The position numbers and the translations under genes were made by a program. 64,000 nt of DNA from Eledone cirrhosa (lineage: Eukaryota), in assembly GCA_964016885.1 (NCBI GenBank), contig OZ024754.1:45136001-45200000 (forward strand). The letters run 5' to 3'. The notes under the pieces are model-generated. The model had not been told where the DNA came from and did no database searches. It worked only from the letters and a program-made list of their open reading frames with translations. Shown here one piece after another: positions 59,067 to 64,000 of this stretch. Positions within the stretch are counted from its first letter, which is position 1. Every line of letters starts with the position of its first letter.

Positions 59067-61390
59067 CATATATACGCATATTACACACACGCGCACACAT
59101 ATATATTTACTTATATATATATAACATATATATATATGTTATATATATATAATATATATGTTATATATATAATATAAATGTTATATATATATATATATAA
59201 GAATAAAATGCTTTTGAATTTCACACGATTCATGTAAGATAACTTCACACACTTTTATTAGTTTTGAAATATTTTTATTTTCGTTAATATGGCTTTGCTT
59301 GTTGCTTTACTTCATTATCCACTTCGCATTTTGTGTTTTATTTCTCGTGAACAATATATTAGAGGATCTTCTACATTGATGACGACATCTACAAGGATGA
59401 CATAATGACTCATGTCATACAGCTTAGTTATCATTTAGTTGTTGATGACAACAATGCAACACTTCACAATACACAAATTATCATGTCGTTCAAAGAGAGC
59501 GAAAATTTAATACTCGAATATTTTCATTTCTTTCTCTGTTACGTCGTCAAAATGTTGATCTAATCTTTTTTTTTTTCTCTCTCTCAAATTATTTTTTGAT
59601 GCCTTTGATTTATTACTAAATCAATAGTAGTGAGTGCCAATGGCGAGTTACAATACAGTTGGCATGCAGAATCCTGTCTCCACATATTTCATTAAAACAT
59701 CTTACTATTCTCCTTTGAAGTGGGAGCTTTGGGTCAAGTTGCCCTCAAGTAATATCAGTATCAGAAACCAAAGAATATATGTCTGAAAATCCATATCTCT
59801 CAAACTACACTGCTTAATTAAATATTTCTTTTTTCCTTTTTTACATTTTATATTTTTATATATATTTTCATATTGCAATTGGTGAATACTAGTGCCGTTG
59901 GTTAGAGGTTTACAACGCAACAATTGTTGGTTCAATATACATCCGACTGCAAGAGTGAAGCATCTTTTGATAAGTTCAAACGAATTCGCAGTGAAAAACT
60001 ACTTTGTTGTGTAAAACTCTTCGTTCTAATGTCTCTGGTTTTCGCAAGTTTGACGTAATGTTCTCTTATACATGCGTGAAATGTTTTCACATTTATGCAT
60101 ACATATCCATCCGGCCTCCGCACAATTTCTGTGAAACTAATCCTACTCATAAGATATCTTTTAACACGAAACCTTAGTAGAAGACAGTTGGCGAAAGTGT
60201 AGTAATCCAGGATGGAAGCAATACAACTTGTTTGGGAAAACACCTATTGCTGCCCTTTTGAGCAGTGTGTTATTATACAAGTCTGTATAAATATATCATA
60301 ATGATTAACGAATGATATAAATCTGTTCATTAGGGTGTGGCATAATTAGATGGGAAAAGAATCACGTGACATATTTCTTTAGTATATAAATACGTTTATG
60401 TATACCCCTTTCACAGTTCACACAATTTTGACATTACTATTTCTTATTCAGTAAAACACTGTACTATAATCGTAGGCACAATCCTCTGAAGTCTTTAACA
60501 GTATATGACTTTCTACTATTGTTACAAATTGTCTCTTTAATGTTTATTAACAATGTGAACAAGATATGTCACGGTTTCAGATATAATACTTTTCAGGTTA
60601 AGTCATACACACAAATGTCCTTAATTTACATCGGCCTTATTCGATTTTGTATTATAACTTTACAAGAATCGATAGTCATTATAAAAACAATGCAATTGTC
60701 TGTTTCTGCTATTAAACCATTATTGTCACTTGGGTTCTAGATGCATTATTAGAGCACTTTAGCTTGAGGCTGGCAGTGAGCCATTTGCAATAGACACGGA
60801 CATGTTACATTTCTGCTTCGAATACTGACTCAGTATTACTCAGTTAAAGTTTTTATGTGAAGAAAATGATTCAATTCTGGGCAAATATTTTCCATTACAA
60901 CAATCCCCCTTATATTGATTTTGTAATCATCTGAAAGTACAATAAATCGCCTTTCGTATTCAAACAATCACACAATGTAAAGTATATCTTTATCTCTGCT
61001 TCATTCATATATCTTGTATTATCACCTACTCTCCAGTATTTCAATAGTTAATTTATTCTCATCGTCGCAACGTATCGTTCCTTGCAAAATTCTAATAATC
61101 AGTATTAATTGCTAATTTCTTGTAATCAGAAAGATTAACAGCTTAAATATAAATGTTTAAACATTCAATGAAGCCGTGTGAGCAGAAATATCCAATCGTT
61201 TATCAGGGATGTATAGCAGTAGATAGAATTGTTGTTGTAGAGACATCTGTGTGACTGTGAATTCAGAACTTTAACCAAAGATTTCCTGTTCGTGACTACG
61301 TTGTCTTTCATTCAGCTTTATCAATGTACCAAATACCTCCTCCCATTTCTTTAACCATGCAGAATATTGTATAATTTTAACTGTTGTTAA

Positions 61391-61674
61391 GATCCCATAA
61401 AACCTTGTGGAGTCGTAGAGGCACCGTCATACAGTGTGTCTAGGACACTTTAAAACCTGACGGAGCCCAACCAACTCCATGTCTGAATACACGATTTTTT
61501 CTATAGAGGAAGAATCGACCCCATTATTGGACTGGTACTTGTTTATCGACCCCGAAAGGATGAAAAACAAAGTCGACCATGGTGGGATTTAAACACAGAG
61601 CGCCTGCAATGAGGTGGAATGAATACCGTAAAACATTCTATCCGATATCGTAACGGCTCTGACAATTCGCCGCC
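61391..61674 (-). mobile_element. Nin/Deu SINE subfamily B, full length, diverged
   Basis: rc head GGCGGCGAATTGTCAGAG, Nin core TTTCATCCTTTCGGGGTCGATAAACAAGTACCAG, B tail GGGCTCCGTCAGGTTTTAAAGTGTCCTAG. Confidence 0.88.
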
Positions 61675-63086
61675 TATTTTAACTTCTCGGGCTAAAATTG
61701 AAAGTCAGCTCTCTTGATTAAAACAACTATCGGTTGTGTAATTCAGTGTACGCTATTGATTGTAATCTATAATCATTTAAATTCTATAGTTATTGAACAA
61801 TAGAAAATTACAAATTTTGAAATCTAAAGATGAGGCCTAAGGAGAAAATATTCTGATATTGTGTTTGTTATTTATGTGTTTTATGTTTTCTAGAAGTTTA
61901 TATTGTTTATGCTGTTGTTTCCTGGTTTGTTTCTAATCTGGCTGCTGCTGCTGTAGTTGTACTCGTCTGCTCCCTAATCAACTCTCATATAACATATGTT
62001 GAAACATTATAAAACGTGAATAGCCTGCATTTCCTTTCAGGTGTAAATTGTGCACAGGGAGGTAAATTTCTTATGACAGTAGAGTATTGGATTTGATAAA
62101 ACATTGGTCCTCATTTCTAGCCTGCTATACACAAGTTTAACGGTACTCTCATTTGCTCATAGTAACTGTAATGCTACCACAACAGTAGCAGTTTAGATTT
62201 AAGTTGCCGTGGTAACTATTGTTATATTTAGGAATTGTGGCATTTTTGTTACGGCTAAAGTTTCTGCCGTTGTTGTTGTTGTTATTGGAGGATTTAATTT
62301 ACGTTTTTCAATCTATTGGTTATTGATGTGTTTGTAGATGTTGTAGTTAATATGTTGTTTGCTTTTCGCTTATTGCTGTTGAGTTTCATATTTTTCAGTT
62401 ATTTTTTCTTCTTAAATTTGTTTATTCATAATGATATTTTTGCCGACGTCCTGTATGTTAAAGGTAACCGTAGTGGACAGAGTTGGGTTGTGATTAATGT
62501 AAATTTTCTTTATGGTTAATATTGTTTTCTTTTTTCAATATGGTTCTTGTATTTACGGTTGTGGTTGATGCTATTGTCATATTGGTTGGATATGAGATAT
62601 TGTTGTTGCTGTTGTTGTTTTCACAAACTTTAGAATTTTGATAAACTGTCAGCCAAAACGAGCAGCCATATAGTAATTTGATCGTTAAAAATGAAATTAC
62701 TGAATGAAAGAAAATAACACAAATGAGATATACAAACAAATAAACATGAAAAATAAATCAAAACTAAAGGGAAAATAATAAAATTAAATAACAAGGAAAG
62801 GAAATATCGTTATGCGTTTACAGAAAAAGCAAATTTATAGAGTTTATCGGTTATTTTTGTCTCATTTGTATTTATTGTTTTATAATTTCTTTTATTTTTA
62901 AATATTTTAATTGAATATTTTATATAAATCATATTTCTTCTAAAACCAAAGTTATGATTTCTTGATAAAAATGTTGAGAATTTTCGTTTCGTGCTTGGCG
63001 AACATCAATCTATATATTTCACCTCCTCCTCCTCCTCCTCCAGTAAACCTGGCGACATGATATGCTAGATCGTGCGTAAAATAAAT

Positions 63087-63102
63087 TTCCGGACGCCATT
63101 TT
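63087..63102 (-). promoter_or_regulatory. Possible YY1 (AAAATGGCG) plus ETS (CCGGAA) motif pair
   Basis: The minus strand reads AAAATGGCGTCCGGAA in a locally CpG-containing patch. Confidence 0.3.
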
Positions 63103-63195
63103 ATTTCGTTCAGAATGTAATGTATTTTCTATACTTTTAAATGTTTTCATTTCATATTGTGCAATATTTATTGCCAAATCAACTGTGTTGTCAGT

Positions 63196-63262
<67 letters not shown>

Positions 63263-63300
63263 CGTGTATCCGTGTGTGTGTGTGCGTGTATCCGTGTGTG

Positions 63301-63332
<32 letters not shown>

Positions 63333-64000
63333 CGTGCGCGTGTATCCGTGTGTGTGTGCGTGCGCGTGTATCCGTGTACGTGTGTGTGTGTGTGCGCGCG
63401 TGTATACGTGTGTGTGTGCGCGTATATCCGTGTACGTGTGTGTGGGTGTGGGTGTGTGTGTGTGCGTTCGCGTGTGTTTCTGTGTATGTATGTATATATA
63501 TGTGTATATATACATATATATATATATATGTGTGTGTGTGTATGTATGTATATATATGTATGGATATGCATAAATATGTGTGTCAGTATGTATGCATGTT
63601 TGTATACGTTTTATTTTATTTCTCTGAACATAAATATTTTATTTGTGTGTATATATATATATAAATGTTTAAATAATATTAATACTGCGTGTGTTTGTGT
63701 ATATGTTTAATATATATGTGTCTACATTCATTCTTTGATATGTGAAAATTGTTATTGATACTTTGGATTTTTGCTAGAAAGAATAAATGATAATTCTAAG
63801 AAAAATCCAATTTTCCACAAACATTGTAACTATCGATTTTTTCTATGCGAACATGGTATTAAGGTTTTCTGCTAGTGAAGAATAGATTAATTGAGATTCA
63901 TGCTGCTTCCAAGTTTAATAAGCAATTTCGAACTTGCTCCTACGTTTAGGTTTTTGTATTAGGCTTTATATGCCATGTTATAACGAAGCCCTCCCCAACC

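Noticed and set aside
59640-61380. 1.7 kb of non-repetitive sequence with short ORFs, possibly a decayed TE coding region or exons
   Set aside because: No recognisable protein motif or consistent splice signals by eye; needs BLASTx.

Overview
Very AT-rich, microsatellite-saturated eukaryotic DNA with a 200-N scaffold gap (9943-10142). The dominant SINE family and the repeat landscape look like an octopod cephalopod (inference). No host protein-coding exon could be supported: every long ORF in the track is a translation of (TA)n, (TATG)n, (CA)n or (CTT)n tracts. What is recognisable: (1) about 17 copies or fragments of a tRNA-headed, Nin/Deu-domain SINE with at least three alternative tails, four of them with clear TSDs; (2) a Meta-type SINE; (3) a complete non-autonomous Helitron; (4) a probable hAT-type MITE with nested inserts; (5) RTE LINE pieces, including a 5'-inverted (twin-priming-like) insertion and a bipartite RTE derivative (5'UTR plus C2H2 zinc-finger 3' end) whose two copies run into ~2 kb TA/TATG arrays; (6) decayed Gypsy, CRE-like and L2/CR1-like fragments; (7) six interrupted (TA)n arrays of 0.7-2.7 kb. 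The most notable hidden signal is a set of minimal type I hammerhead ribozymes of Penelope/retrozyme style. Two have intact catalytic cores (52726-52770 +, 22821-22879 -) and five are decayed; they differ in sequence, and most sit in short islands next to (TA)n tracts. All calls were made by eye, without database searches.
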